Shown here in pieces: positions 8,565 through 17,149 of a stretch of DNA of 64,000 nucleotides. A program made the position numbers and the translations under genes. Origin of the DNA: an uncultured Candidatus Saccharibacteria bacterium. GTDB lineage: Bacteria; Patescibacteriota; Minisyncoccia; Phycocordibacterales; CAIRYW01. The notes under the pieces are model-generated. The model was given only the letters and a program-made list of their open reading frames with translations, was not told where the DNA came from and did not search any database. The stretch spans positions 6,283 through 70,282 of the forward strand of contig CAYUPH010000001.1 of the NCBI GenBank assembly GCA_964446625.1, written 5' to 3'. Position 1 is the stretch's first letter. The number at the start of each line of letters is the position of its first letter.

Positions 8565-9593
8565 CTAGTTTCCAAACATGTAGAGAAGATTTTCAATCGC
8601 TCTCTGAACAGTCGCCTGAAGGCTATTCGCCTTTTTAGGTGTACTCATGTTAAGTACTTGGTAGCTTGTCTTGAATTCAGGACCAAGTGGAAGCGAAATA
8701 TAACTAGATGTTTCGGTAGGTGCCCAAGAAAGTTTTTGAAGTGTAAGTCTGTACTGCCCTGCATTTCCTGCTTGAGGCAATGCTGCTGTAACAGTAAGAG
8801 TGAAAGCCATCTCCCCTCCTTTTGGTATCCTGTAATTTCCTTTTGTAGTTGGCATAGCATTTGTATCTGCTTCTAAAACAGAAGTGGTGCTTGCAACAGA
8901 AACTCCATTTCTATCGACTACATAATCAAGCATAGTTGGTAGCCTGTATACATACACATCAGAGCCCACTGCTTTCACTTTGTACTTAATTTGAAATGTT
9001 CCAATGTCATCGTTTGTTCCTTGACCAGTAGTTACACTAGTATTTGCAGAAACAAAAGTGACAACGGGTGAACTGCTAGCAGTTGTATCTCCTGAAACAA
9101 TTTGGAAAGTAGAATCAGATACATCATAAGATGAACCTATGTTTTTCTTGTTGGCACGAATCGCGATTTGGTATGGTTTATTAACTCCATCTTTTGCGCT
9201 CACTGTCCATGTGTATGATCCAGTGTTTGGAACTCCTGTTTTAATATCTGTTGTTCCAGAGGGTCCTGCAAGACGAATATCTACATTGTCCGCTACAGCT
9301 TCCCATTTGATTGTGTAGCTTTGTCCATTCTTAAGCACCTCTCCCCCATTTGGAGAAAGAACTTTTGACTTAGGAGCTGCGTTTGCAGCCGCCGCAGCAG
9401 CTTCTAATTGAGTCTTGAAAGACGAGTACACACTAATAAGATTCGTCCACTCAGCAGGAGTTGTAGGCACACCTACGCCCACAAACTGTGCAAGCTGTGT
9501 ATTAGACTTTAGTGTAGGAGTAAGCGCCGACGCACCCTCCGTGAGAACAAGCGCTAGAGCAAGGGCGCAAACGAGAGATAAGATTTTTTTCAT
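8565..9593 (-). CDS. secreted hypothetical protein (signal peptide, Thr/Ser-rich, Ig-like)
   Basis: N-terminal MKKILSLVCALALALVLTEGASA signal peptide; SPNGGE motif. Confidence 0.55.
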   Translation of the reverse strand: MKKILSLVCALALALVLTEGASALTPTLKSNTQLAQFVGVGVPTTPAEWTNLISVYSSFKTQLEAAAAAANAAPKSKVLSPNGGEVLKNGQSYTIKWEAVADNVDIRLAGPSGTTDIKTGVPNTGSYTWTVSAKDGVNKPYQIAIRANKKNIGSSYDVSDSTFQIVSGDTTASSSPVVTFVSANTSVTTGQGTNDDIGTFQIKYKVKAVGSDVYVYRLPTMLDYVVDRNGVSVASTTSVLEADTNAMPTTKGNYRIPKGGEMAFTLTVTAALPQAGNAGQYRLTLQKLSWAPTETSSYISLPLGPEFKTSYQVLNMSTPKKANSLQATVQRAIENLLYMFGN

Positions 9594-9666
9594 AATAATA
9601 TTTTAACTGGTAAAAATACATTATTAGTATATAATCTTCTAGATTTTTAACCAAAGAGATATCCAC

Positions 9667-10470
9667 ATGTATAAAAAAGTTTTTCACATAGTAGTTTACA
9701 TATTCGCTGCAGTTGGCTTCTTCCTCACTGCTGGCTTTTTTGCGGTGAAGTATGGATTTACTAATACAAAAGGAGTTATTGATGAACAACGTGAGGGCTT
9801 CCTTGCCCCGAAGTCCGACGCTGAAATAGAATGGAACAAAGGTGAAGAATGGGACACTCTGCGGGCAGCACTAAAAAAAGACGAAGTTGTCATAAACCGT
9901 GTTTCAAAAGAAACAGGAGTACCCTCTAGAAAGATTGTTTCTGTTGTTGTCGTCGAACAACTTCGCCTCTTCTACTCAGAGAGAGAAACTTTCAAACAAG
10001 TCTTTGCACCACTAAAAATTCTTGGTACACAGTCTCAATTTTCTTGGGGAGTTGCTGGTATCAAACCTGACACTGCAAAAGCAGTAGAAGAAAACCTAAA
10101 AAATCCAAATTCTAGCTACTACCTCGGAAAAAACTACGAAAATATGCTGGACTTTAAAACAGAAAATCCAGACGAAGAAAGGTATGCAAGACTAACAGAC
10201 TACAAGAACCGCTACTACTCTTACCTCTATACTGCGCTATATTTAAAACAAATTGACACCTCTTGGAAAAAAGCAGGTTTCCCGATAGATGAAAAAGTAG
10301 GAGTTCTTGCAACCCTCTACAACATAGGTTTTGCACGATCAATTCCAAAAGAAAATCCTTCAATTGGAGGCGCTGAGATTAAGATTGGAGCTTCCTCTTA
10401 TAGCTTTGGAGGTTTAGCAGAGGAGTTTTACAAATCTGGCGAGCTTCTAGATACTTTCCCTCGCTTCTAG
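9667..10470 (+). CDS. membrane-anchored hypothetical protein
   Basis: Single N-terminal TM helix and a TATATAAT -10 upstream; no recognisable motif. Confidence 0.5.
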   Translation: MYKKVFHIVVYIFAAVGFFLTAGFFAVKYGFTNTKGVIDEQREGFLAPKSDAEIEWNKGEEWDTLRAALKKDEVVINRVSKETGVPSRKIVSVVVVEQLRLFYSERETFKQVFAPLKILGTQSQFSWGVAGIKPDTAKAVEENLKNPNSSYYLGKNYENMLDFKTENPDEERYARLTDYKNRYYSYLYTALYLKQIDTSWKKAGFPIDEKVGVLATLYNIGFARSIPKENPSIGGAEIKIGASSYSFGGLAEEFYKSGELLDTFPRF

Positions 10471-10512
10471 GGAGTTTGCTCTAATCCAGTTTTTTGTTAG
10501 TATGAAGGAAAT

Positions 10513-10585
10513 CCACCCTTAGCTCAGCTGGTAGAGCAGACGACTTATACTCGTCCGGTCCTTGGTTCGAGTCCAAGAGGGTGGA
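10513..10585 (+). tRNA. tRNA with anticodon UAU (Ile2-type, reads AUA); no encoded CCA
   Basis: Acceptor CCACCCT/AGGGTGG, D stem GCTC/GAGC, anticodon stem GACGA/TCGTC, loop CUUAUAC (anticodon UAU), 5-nt variable loop, T arm CTTGG-TTCGAGT-CCAAG, discriminator A; 73 nt. Confidence 0.75.
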
Positions 10586-10590
10586 CAAAG

Positions 10591-10627
10591 AAAAAAAGCC
10601 GCGCCCGAAGGGCGCGGCTTTTTTTTA
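10591..10627. terminator. bidirectional terminator (GCCGCGCCC-gaa-GGGCGCGGC between an A7 and a T8 run)
   Basis: GC-rich hairpin with flanking homopolymer runs, between the tRNA (+) and the end of ftsH (-). Confidence 0.7.
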
Positions 10628-12553
10628 ACCTACAATATCTATCTCCTCTTTTTCAATCGTTTCTTTTTTCTTTAGAGTGATACCGTGCGCAACCAGGATC
10701 TGCTCGTATTCATCTTTTTCAATCACCTCAACCTCAACAAGTCTCTTTGCAACAATATCAAGAAGCGATCGGTGAGTTGTCAAAATCTCTTCTGCTTTTT
10801 TAAGTGACGCTTCAATGATTCCCGCAACCTCTGCGTCGATTTCTGCACTCATTCGCTCCGAATACTCCTTGTCGCTCACTCCTTGTCCAAAAAGAGTTCT
10901 TCCCTGCGCGCTCTCTAGAGCTACCGGACCAATCTTATCTGACATACCATAGCGAGTTACCATATCTCTTGCGAGTGCTGTCGCAACTTGAAGATCATTT
11001 GATGGTCCTGTCGTAATGTCACCAAAAACCATTTTCTCTGTCACATACCCACCGAGCGTCATTGCAATATCGTCGAGAAACTCTTTTTTTGATTGCATTT
11101 TTCTGTCCTCAAGTGGAAGTTTGAGTGTGTACCCAGCAGCTCGTCCACGAGAGATAATCGAAATCTTGTGAACCGGATCCGCAAACGGCAACAGAGAAGC
11201 AACAAGTGCGTGCCCAGCTTCATGGTACGCAGTGAGTTTCTTTTCTTTTTTAGAAAGCACATGACTTCGCCTTTCAGGACCGAGCATTACTTTTTCAATT
11301 GAGCGAATAAGGTCAAACTGCGCAACGGTGCTTCTATTTTCTCTTGCTGCAAGAATTGCTCCTTCGTTCATTAATGAGTAAAGGTCCGCTCCAGAAAATC
11401 CTGGGGTTCTCTCTGCGATGAGAGGAAGGTTTATATCTTCTGCAAAAGGTTTTCCGAGTGCATGGATTTTCAAAATTTCTTCTCTGTCTTTTCGGTCGGG
11501 CAAATCAATTGTCACTCTTCTATCGAATCGTCCAGGGCGAAGAAGTGCTGGATCCAAAACGTCTGGTCTGTTTGTTGCTGCCATGACAATCACTTTTTCG
11601 TTTGGCTCAAACCCGTCCATCTCAACTAAGATTTGGTTAAGTGTCTGCTCTCTTTCGTCATTTCCTCCACCCATTCCTCCTCCTCGCACTCGTCCTACCG
11701 CATCAATCTCATCAATAAAAATAATCGCGGGCGCCGCGGCCTTTGCCATTTTGAACAAATCGCGAACTCGGCTTGCACCAACACCAACAAACATTTCCAC
11801 GAACTCAGCACCAGAGACTGAAAAGAAATGTACTCCTGCCTCCCCTGCAACTGCGCGCGCCAAAAGTGTTTTTCCAGTTCCCGGAGCACCCGTTAAAATA
11901 ATTCCTTTTGGAATCTTTGCACCAATGTCAATAAACTTTTTTGGATTTTTAAGAAAGTCCACAATTTCTTCTAGTTCTTGCTTTGCCTCTTTTGCTCCAG
12001 CCACATCTTTGAAAGTAACTTTTTGCTTTCCGTCATCCGGTGAAGAAACACGAGCCCTCGTTTGTCCAAAACTCATTGCCTGCATGCCCGCCCCTTTTAC
12101 TTGTCTCGACAAAAACCAAATAAGAAGAATTGTAAAAAGAAGAGGAATCAGAAATGGTCCAATAACTGTCCCGAACCAAAATCCAAATCCAGATTCTTCT
12201 TTTACTTCAATTGAAATTGTCGCAAGTTCTTCTGCTGATACTCCGAGGCTTCCAAGTGTTTCTGTAATACTCGCTTCTGACTCTTTTTTTGCACTCACTG
12301 TTTTACCTTCTTTTAGTACAACATTTACTGCGCTCCCTAGAACCTCTACTTTCTCTACCTTACCCGCTCGAATTGCAGTCGCAATATCTGAGATCGGTAC
12401 TTCTTCTACCTTGCTACTCTGACTACTTAAAACAGGATAAATAAATACAAGCGCGCTCAAAATAATAACGGCAATAATAATTTTTCGAGCGAATTCAAAC
12501 CCGTTTCCAAAGAGGTTTTTTTGAGGTGTGTTTTGGTCTTCTTGTTTTTGCAT
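10625..12553 (-). CDS. ftsH: ATP-dependent zinc metalloprotease FtsH
   Basis: N-terminal TM helices, AAA+ Walker [12 protein letters not shown], zinc-binding HEAGHAL motif. Confidence 0.9.
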   Translation of the reverse strand: MQKQEDQNTPQKNLFGNGFEFARKIIIAVIILSALVFIYPVLSSQSSKVEEVPISDIATAIRAGKVEKVEVLGSAVNVVLKEGKTVSAKKESEASITETLGSLGVSAEELATISIEVKEESGFGFWFGTVIGPFLIPLLFTILLIWFLSRQVKGAGMQAMSFGQTRARVSSPDDGKQKVTFKDVAGAKEAKQELEEIVDFLKNPKKFIDIGAKIPKGIILTGAPGTGKTLLARAVAGEAGVHFFSVSGAEFVEMFVGVGASRVRDLFKMAKAAAPAIIFIDEIDAVGRVRGGGMGGGNDEREQTLNQILVEMDGFEPNEKVIVMAATNRPDVLDPALLRPGRFDRRVTIDLPDRKDREEILKIHALGKPFAEDINLPLIAERTPGFSGADLYSLMNEGAILAARENRSTVAQFDLIRSIEKVMLGPERRSHVLSKKEKKLTAYHEAGHALVASLLPFADPVHKISIISRGRAAGYTLKLPLEDRKMQSKKEFLDDIAMTLGGYVTEKMVFGDITTGPSNDLQVATALARDMVTRYGMSDKIGPVALESAQGRTLFGQGVSDKEYSERMSAEIDAEVAGIIEASLKKAEEILTTHRSLLDIVAKRLVEVEVIEKDEYEQILVAHGITLKKKETIEKEEIDIVG

Positions 12554-12623
12554 ATTGTTTATTTTTTTCCAAATTATAGCCGATTTTTCCCTCTATGGCG
12601 AGAAAAGCGCCAGATACATATAG

Positions 12624-12651
12624 TTGAAAAAGCATAAAAATGTGTTATAAT
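12624..12651 (+). promoter_or_regulatory. ssrA promoter: -35 TTGAAA, 16-bp spacer, extended -10 TGtTATAAT
   Basis: Consensus-like sigma70 elements about 25 nt upstream of the tmRNA 5' end. Confidence 0.5.
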
Positions 12652-12674
12652 TAAGGTGTTCGTTGAAAACAAAT

Positions 12675-13084
12675 GGGGATGATCGGCCTAGACAGGTAAC
12701 GATCTTTTTTGTGTGCGCAATCGAGTCTCTCAAAATCTCGTAAAACTTTTGGGAAACATAAGTGCTAACGCACGAAAAGTTGCATCTCCATATTTTGGAG
12801 CTAGCGACTTTGCTTTCGCAACTGCTAGAGCGTAAGCTCGCGGGAGCCTAAAGCCATCTTACTTTGAGTCTTCTCTTCTCAAAGCTAAGGTGTTATATCA
12901 AGAGAATAGGTCTTTACTTGCTTTCGCAAAAGATCCGAAACTATAGAAAGCTCGGGAGTGTTGTGTTCTGCTTATCTTTTAGCATCACTCCCTAAAAGTT
13001 CGAAAGAACTAAAGATAAAATATGTTGCGTAGAGTCACTCAAAAATCCTACTTGCACGGGGGTTCGATTCCCCCCATCTCCACC
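12675..13084 (+). ncRNA. ssrA: tmRNA (SsrA), standard one-piece
   Basis: 5' GGGGATG pairs with 3' CATCTCC including a G3:U70 Ala identity pair. T-arm GGGGG-TTCGATT-CCCCC and a terminal ACCA. An internal short ORF ends ...ASDFAFATARA-TAA (about 12833); the tag frame is uncertain. smpB is adjacent. Confidence 0.8.
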
Positions 13085-13093
13085 AAAAATTCT

Positions 13094-13125
13094 TAGCCCA
13101 CTTTTTTAGGTGGGCTTTTGAATTT
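13094..13125 (+). terminator. terminator hairpin after ssrA (AGCCCAC-tttttt-aGGTGGGCT plus T run)
   Basis: Hairpin plus T tract 10 nt after the tmRNA CCA end. Confidence 0.5.
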
Positions 13126-13140
13126 TTCGGTGGAAATGAG

Positions 13141-13385
13141 CAAAGCGCGGGACGCTTTGCGTGGGGGAATCGAAAACCTTTTGAGCATAATTTGCGATTT
13201 TAAGAAGCAAATTATCCAAAAGGTGTACTGACCTTGTAAAGGTCGAGTCCCCCATCTCCACATCAAACAAAAACTCACCAAAAATATTGGTGAGTTTTTG
13301 TTTGAATAAGTGAGTTTAGTGGGAATCGAAAGGAACTTTGATATTTTTTGAGCACAAAAAATATCAAAGTTCCAGGGTCGAGAAA
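13141..13385. repeat. two tandem structured units (GGGAATCGAAA + hairpin + GGTCGAG...). The first ends in a roughly 22-nt partial copy of the ssrA 3' end (GGTCGAGTCCCCCATCTCCACA at 13243..13264).
   Basis: The copy matches the tmRNA 3' end GGTTCGATTCCCCCCATCTCCACCA. The hairpins are ATAATTTGC/GCAAATTAT and CTTTGATATTTTTT/AAAAAATATCAAAG. Confidence 0.45.
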
Positions 13386-13437
13386 TTTTTGGAGTGGCTG
13401 ACGACAAAAATGTTCTTGACCGATCCCCTTCTCTCCT

Positions 13438-13881
13438 CTACCCCCTCTTCATCTCCCTCTGCATTTCCCTCTCTGTATCTTTCTTTTTTATTGTCTCTCG
13501 TTTATCAAACTTTTTCTTTCCGCGTGCCAGAGCAATATCAACTTTTATTTTCCTTCCCTTTAGAAAAAAGGTTAGTGGAATTCCTGAAATTCCTTTTTTT
13601 TCTGTTTCCGCACCAAGGAGAGCTATCTCTTTTTTTGTAAACAAAAGTTTTCGAGGGCGACGAGGATCAAAATTCTCGGGAGCATTTGCTTTCTGAAACG
13701 CTGGAATCTCGGCTTCAACTAAAAACGCTTCACCCCCTCGAACAACAACATGCGCACCCTCAAGAGATCCTGTACCTGCTTTCACGGATTTTACTTCAAA
13801 ACCAAAAAGCTCAACTCCTCCTGTGAGTGTCTCTAGTATTTCATAATTCAGTCTTGCTTTTTTGTTTTGAATAAGTGACAT
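13438..13881 (-). CDS. smpB: SsrA-binding protein SmpB
   Basis: NKKARLNYEILETLTGGVELFGFEVKS matches the SmpB N-terminus; basic C-terminal tail; convergent with ssrA. Confidence 0.85.
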   Translation of the reverse strand: MSLIQNKKARLNYEILETLTGGVELFGFEVKSVKAGTGSLEGAHVVVRGGEAFLVEAEIPAFQKANAPENFDPRRPRKLLFTKKEIALLGAETEKKGISGIPLTFFLKGRKIKVDIALARGKKKFDKRETIKKKDTEREMQREMKRG

Positions 13882-13923
13882 GAGTACATAGTATCAAAAA
13901 GAGGCAAATAAAAAAGCTGGAAC

Positions 13924-14355
13924 CTAGGTTCCAGCCGGAGAACGTGAGACTGCGAGCGCAAAGCCGGGGGGAAAATCTGCAGCGAACGGAGTCTTTCCTT
14001 TCACTCTGATTGGCGCCTCAAGAAAAGTTGCAACTCTTGGTTGTCCCTTTTCAAGAGAGAAAAAGAGGAAAGAAAAAAATGGGTCATCATTCATCCTGTT
14101 CCTACATGCGACTTTCGCCATAATGTAAGGAACATCTGCTTGCTGTGCCTCAAAAAACTGTGCAACCGCAGTGAGAACTGTATCGAGTCCATAAGCAGAT
14201 TGTGGAAAAGTATTGTCTTCACCATATTGAAATGGTTCCATTTCAAAAGAGAAATTACTGCCCACTCCACGATCAAGTTCAAAGTCGGCAACGTGGTTTT
14301 CGCTTACCAGTGCCCACGTCAATGAACAAAGTCTGTCAAAAATTTGCGAGCTCAT
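13924..14355 (-). CDS. hypothetical protein (start uncertain)
   Basis: Long ORF divergent from the TrmB-like regulator; no recognisable motif; moderately G+C-rich. Confidence 0.4.
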   Translation of the reverse strand: MSSQIFDRLCSLTWALVSENHVADFELDRGVGSNFSFEMEPFQYGEDNTFPQSAYGLDTVLTAVAQFFEAQQADVPYIMAKVACRNRMNDDPFFSFLFFSLEKGQPRVATFLEAPIRVKGKTPFAADFPPGFALAVSRSPAGT

Positions 14356-14405
14356 ACTACACCTCATCATATTTCTTTTATACCTTCCGTCCATCAAAAC
14401 CATGA

Positions 14406-14440
14406 CAAAAAAATTGACAACTTTTGTCTATTCTAGACAA
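14406..14440 (+). promoter_or_regulatory. putative promoter with operator palindrome TTGTCTA-ttc-TAGACAA overlapping a TTGACA -35 box
   Basis: Perfect 7-bp inverted repeat with 3-bp spacer immediately upstream of the TrmB-family regulator gene. Confidence 0.3.
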
Positions 14441-15227
14441 AAATCCCCTCGCGCGTATGATTAGTGTCAATAAAAATATGGACGAAATATACTCAAAACT
14501 AAAAGAGCTTGGCATTTCTGCAAGACAAACTTCTGTCTACATTGCCCTTCTTTCTCTTGGAAGTTCTTCTGTTAGAAAGATTGCAGAAAAAGCTGGCCTT
14601 AATCGCGGAGTGACCTATGAAGCGCTCAAAGAGTTACAGGCCCTCGGACTTGTGTCTTTTTTCCATACATCAAAACAGCAACACTTTGTTGCTGAGCACC
14701 CCGAAAAACTCCTCGATATAATTGCAGGAAAAGAGGCGCACTACAAAAACCTGAAGACGGACTTTGACCGCACTGTGCAGAGCTTAGCTGAGAAAATAAA
14801 AATTGCTAACAAGGGACCTGTTGTTACTTTTTATGAAAACTTTATAGGAGTGCGAACAATTCTTGAAGATGTACTTTCTACCCTTTTAAAACAAAAGAAT
14901 AAAGAGTATGTTGTGTACTCATCTTCGAGTATTAGCCCGTATCTTTACAACAAAAAATGTTTTCCTGAGTTTACTTCTGAGAGAATAAAAAGAAAAATCT
15001 TTGTACGCACAATTGCGAGCGGACCCAAAGGAGCGGTCTATGGAAACGACGAAAGAAAGTGGCTTTCCAAAAAAGCCCTCTCTCCCACCTACAAACTTAT
15101 CTACGCGGGAAAAGTTGCAATGATTTCTGTTGGAAGCGATGGGAAACCACATGGAACAATTATTGAAGACAAAAACCTCTATGAAACAGAGAGAATGATA
15201 TTTGACGCTCTCTGGAAAAGCCTATAA
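14424..15227 (+). CDS. TrmB-family transcriptional regulator (N-terminal winged HTH); start may be an internal Met
   Basis: LGISARQTSVYIALLSLGSSSVRKIAEKAGLNRGVTYEALKELQALGLV is the typical TrmB-type wHTH. Confidence 0.6.
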   Translation: MSILDKNPLARMISVNKNMDEIYSKLKELGISARQTSVYIALLSLGSSSVRKIAEKAGLNRGVTYEALKELQALGLVSFFHTSKQQHFVAEHPEKLLDIIAGKEAHYKNLKTDFDRTVQSLAEKIKIANKGPVVTFYENFIGVRTILEDVLSTLLKQKNKEYVVYSSSSISPYLYNKKCFPEFTSERIKRKIFVRTIASGPKGAVYGNDERKWLSKKALSPTYKLIYAGKVAMISVGSDGKPHGTIIEDKNLYETERMIFDALWKSL

Positions 15228-15244
15228 AAACAAAGAGAAAGTAC

Positions 15245-15272
15245 TTGATTTTTTCTTAAACTGTGATATAAT
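15245..15272 (+). promoter_or_regulatory. promoter: -35 TTGATT, 13-bp spacer, extended -10 TGaTATAAT
   Basis: Consensus-like sigma70 promoter with a TG extension, upstream of the G+C-rich gene. Confidence 0.45.
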
Positions 15273-15314
15273 ACGCCACAGTAAAAAAGACCTTTAAAAA
15301 GTTACTCAAACACC

Positions 15315-15375
15315 GTAAGAAGACGCTTTTTGTGGCAAAGCTTTCGCTTTTTGGCCCCAAAAAGCGTCTTCTTAC
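15315..15375 (+). promoter_or_regulatory. 61-nt perfect hairpin in the 5' leader (18-bp arms GTAAGAAGACGCTTTTTG / CAAAAAGCGTCTTCTTAC with an inner AAAGC-tttc-GCTTT hairpin)
   Basis: Perfect long inverted repeat between the predicted promoter and the start codon; no U tract follows, so it is not a terminator. Confidence 0.4.
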
Positions 15376-15397
15376 CACCCACTTCGGGATGTGATAG

Positions 15398-15982
15398 ATG
15401 ACGTGCAACTCAATACCTACCAATACCATGAGCGACCACACTGCGGCCCCGTCCGCATCGTCAACACCACCCGCCGGAGAAAAACCGGCTGGATCACCAC
15501 ATCTCAGCATTCCACCGCCTCCAGCACAGCCTGCTGTTCAGGAGAACCCGGGGTGGGAACCGCCTCCCCCTCCTCCGCGACCAGCCGCCGCAAGGGAGGG
15601 CAAGAGCATACTCGACGAGAACATCCCCAACAAAAAAGGGCTGCCCTGGTGGGCATGGGCCCTTATTTGGGGGCTGGGGGTTTCCAGCCTTGTTTTTGCT
15701 GGAACCTTCTTGGAGAGAAGGCTCACCAGGAACACCTCCACTGTCCAAGCCAACATTGCTCCCCTGGTGGAGCACCTCAAGGAGTTGGAGCAGCGCACCA
15801 GCGCTGCCGAAGCTTCGGCTGCCTCCGCTTCCGCGGAGGCGAAGCAGCTTCACGCCCAACTCCAGGAGTCCGCTGCCGCCCTCAAAAAGGCGGAGGCGAA
15901 CACCGAGGAGTGGAAAAAATTCGTCGAAGCCATGGAAAAGGACGCGGCAGCGGCCGGGTTCCAATTCCAGGGTGCCGAGTAA
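15398..15982 (+). CDS. G+C-rich foreign-looking gene: proline-rich N-terminus, one TM helix, Ala/Glu-rich coiled-coil C-terminus (start could be 15428)
   Basis: Abrupt shift to about 60% G+C (by eye) produces overlapping ORFs in all frames; this frame has an upstream promoter and a downstream terminator. Confidence 0.55.
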   Translation: MTCNSIPTNTMSDHTAAPSASSTPPAGEKPAGSPHLSIPPPPAQPAVQENPGWEPPPPPPRPAAAREGKSILDENIPNKKGLPWWAWALIWGLGVSSLVFAGTFLERRLTRNTSTVQANIAPLVEHLKELEQRTSAAEASAASASAEAKQLHAQLQESAAALKKAEANTEEWKKFVEAMEKDAAAAGFQFQGAE

Positions 15983-15992
15983 CAATTGTCGG

Positions 15993-16031
15993 GAGACCGG
16001 AAAACGCTTGCGTTTTCCGGTCTCTTTTTTG
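15993..16031 (+). terminator. strong rho-independent terminator (GAGACCGGAAAACGC / GCGTTTTCCGGTCTC plus TTTTTT)
   Basis: 14-bp perfect stem followed by T6 right after the stop of the G+C-rich gene. Confidence 0.7.
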
Positions 16032-16101
16032 TGCGAGTTTTGCACAGTTACTATTTGCATATTTTAAAGCGAGGAGTAGGCTAAATAGCGAAAGGTTCTC
16101 T

Positions 16102-16416
16102 ATGAAATTACCCTTCTTTTTGTCATTTCTCTTTGGGGTAGCAATTGGACATCTTCTTTTCTCTCCAAACCCAGGAGCAGAACGTGCAGAAAAAGCTGTG
16201 CTATGCACTGACATTGGAATGGATGTGTCCAACTGTCAGTTGCAGACAGAAATCCGGAACGACGGAGGAGTCTGGAGCTTCCGTCAACAACGAGACGACG
16301 GCTCGGAAATCATTCTCCTCATCACAGTGACCGATGAAGGAGATGTAGTTTTTGAATTCTTCCTCGTTCCTCCTCCCCTCTTCCACACCGACCCCTCTTT
16401 TCTCTGGCAAGTGTGA
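16102..16416 (+). CDS. small secreted hypothetical protein (104 aa, N-terminal signal-peptide-like)
   Basis: ATG-initiated part of a longer artefactual ORF; MKLPFFLSFLFGVAIGHLLFS hydrophobic N-terminus; weak RBS. Confidence 0.35.
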   Translation: MKLPFFLSFLFGVAIGHLLFSPNPGAERAEKAVLCTDIGMDVSNCQLQTEIRNDGGVWSFRQQRDDGSEIILLITVTDEGDVVFEFFLVPPPLFHTDPSFLWQV

Positions 16417-16494
16417 CCCTGTCACCTTGCTTTTTTTGTGCTCCCTTTCTCTTTTTTGTATTTATGTTATATTTACTACACAAAAGTAAACAAC

Positions 16495-17010
16495 TTGGCA
16501 AAAGAAGAAACTAGAATCAATCATCGTATACGAGCCCGCGAACTTCGCGTTATTGGTCCCGAAGGGGAAAACTTTGGCGTTCTCTCACTCGAAGAGGCCC
16601 TTTCTAAAGCAGAGGAACTATCTCTCGATCTTATTGAAATTTCGCCTAACGCAAACCCTCCTGTTGCAAAAATTACAGACTTCGGAAAATACCAATACGA
16701 AGAAAACAAAAAGCAAAAGATTGCAAAATCAAAAGCTCATACTGTGGAGGTAAAGTCTGTCCAAATCAAAATTGGAACAGGTGACCACGACCTAGAACTA
16801 AAAGCAAAAAAAGCGAGTGAGTGGCTCTCGGAAGGACACAAGATAAAAATTGACCTTTTCCTTCCTGGAAGATCAAAATACCTTGACCAGAACTTCCTTG
16901 GAGAGCGACTTGAGAGATTTCTAAAGTTTATCTCGGCAGCGTACAAAGTGACGGAACCTGCAAAAAAGAGCCCAAAAGGCATCTCGTGCACAATCGAAAG
17001 GCAGAAATAG
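16495..17010 (+). CDS. infC: translation initiation factor IF-3; probable non-AUG (TTG) start
   Basis: RINHRIRARELRVIGPEGENFGVLSLEEALSKAEELSLDLIEISPNANPPVAKITDFGKYQYE matches IF-3 throughout. The upstream ATG-initiated extension is non-homologous. Confidence 0.75.
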   Translation: MAKEETRINHRIRARELRVIGPEGENFGVLSLEEALSKAEELSLDLIEISPNANPPVAKITDFGKYQYEENKKQKIAKSKAHTVEVKSVQIKIGTGDHDLELKAKKASEWLSEGHKIKIDLFLPGRSKYLDQNFLGERLERFLKFISAAYKVTEPAKKSPKGISCTIERQK

Positions 17011-17149
17011 CCAAAAAGTAGACAAAATACAGGTCTTCTGATAATATAAGCCATGTTTTAAAGAGAGACTCTGGTCCCTAGAAAAAGGCGGAAAAGCGCT
17101 CATTTTCTCACATTTGTCTCCTCAAACGAAAGAAATAAGAAAGAAAGCA

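Noticed and set aside
11418-12422. 334-aa ORF on the plus strand antisense to ftsH
   Set aside because: It is low-complexity (Ser/Pro/Thr-rich) and antisense to a highly conserved gene, which is the typical shadow-ORF pattern. The same reasoning applies to antisense ORFs inside tuf (36732..37379, 37346..37699), fusA (42335..42877), r-protein genes (34774..35199, 35453..35760, 26599..26919, 28061..28465) and pgk/pilB/ComEC.
13243-13264. A second tmRNA or tRNA gene downstream of ssrA
   Set aside because: Only about 22 nt of the 3' end are duplicated. No acceptor 5' strand, D-arm or anticodon arm can be folded, so it is reported as a repeat or scar rather than an RNA gene.
15391-16425. Many overlapping ORFs on both strands (15391..16416+, 15494..16060-, 15538..15798-, 15690..16067+, 15882..16232- and others)
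   Set aside because: They are an artefact of the high-G+C stretch, which is stop-codon-poor in all frames. Only one frame, 15398..15982 plus the separate 16102..16416, is supported by promoter and terminator context.
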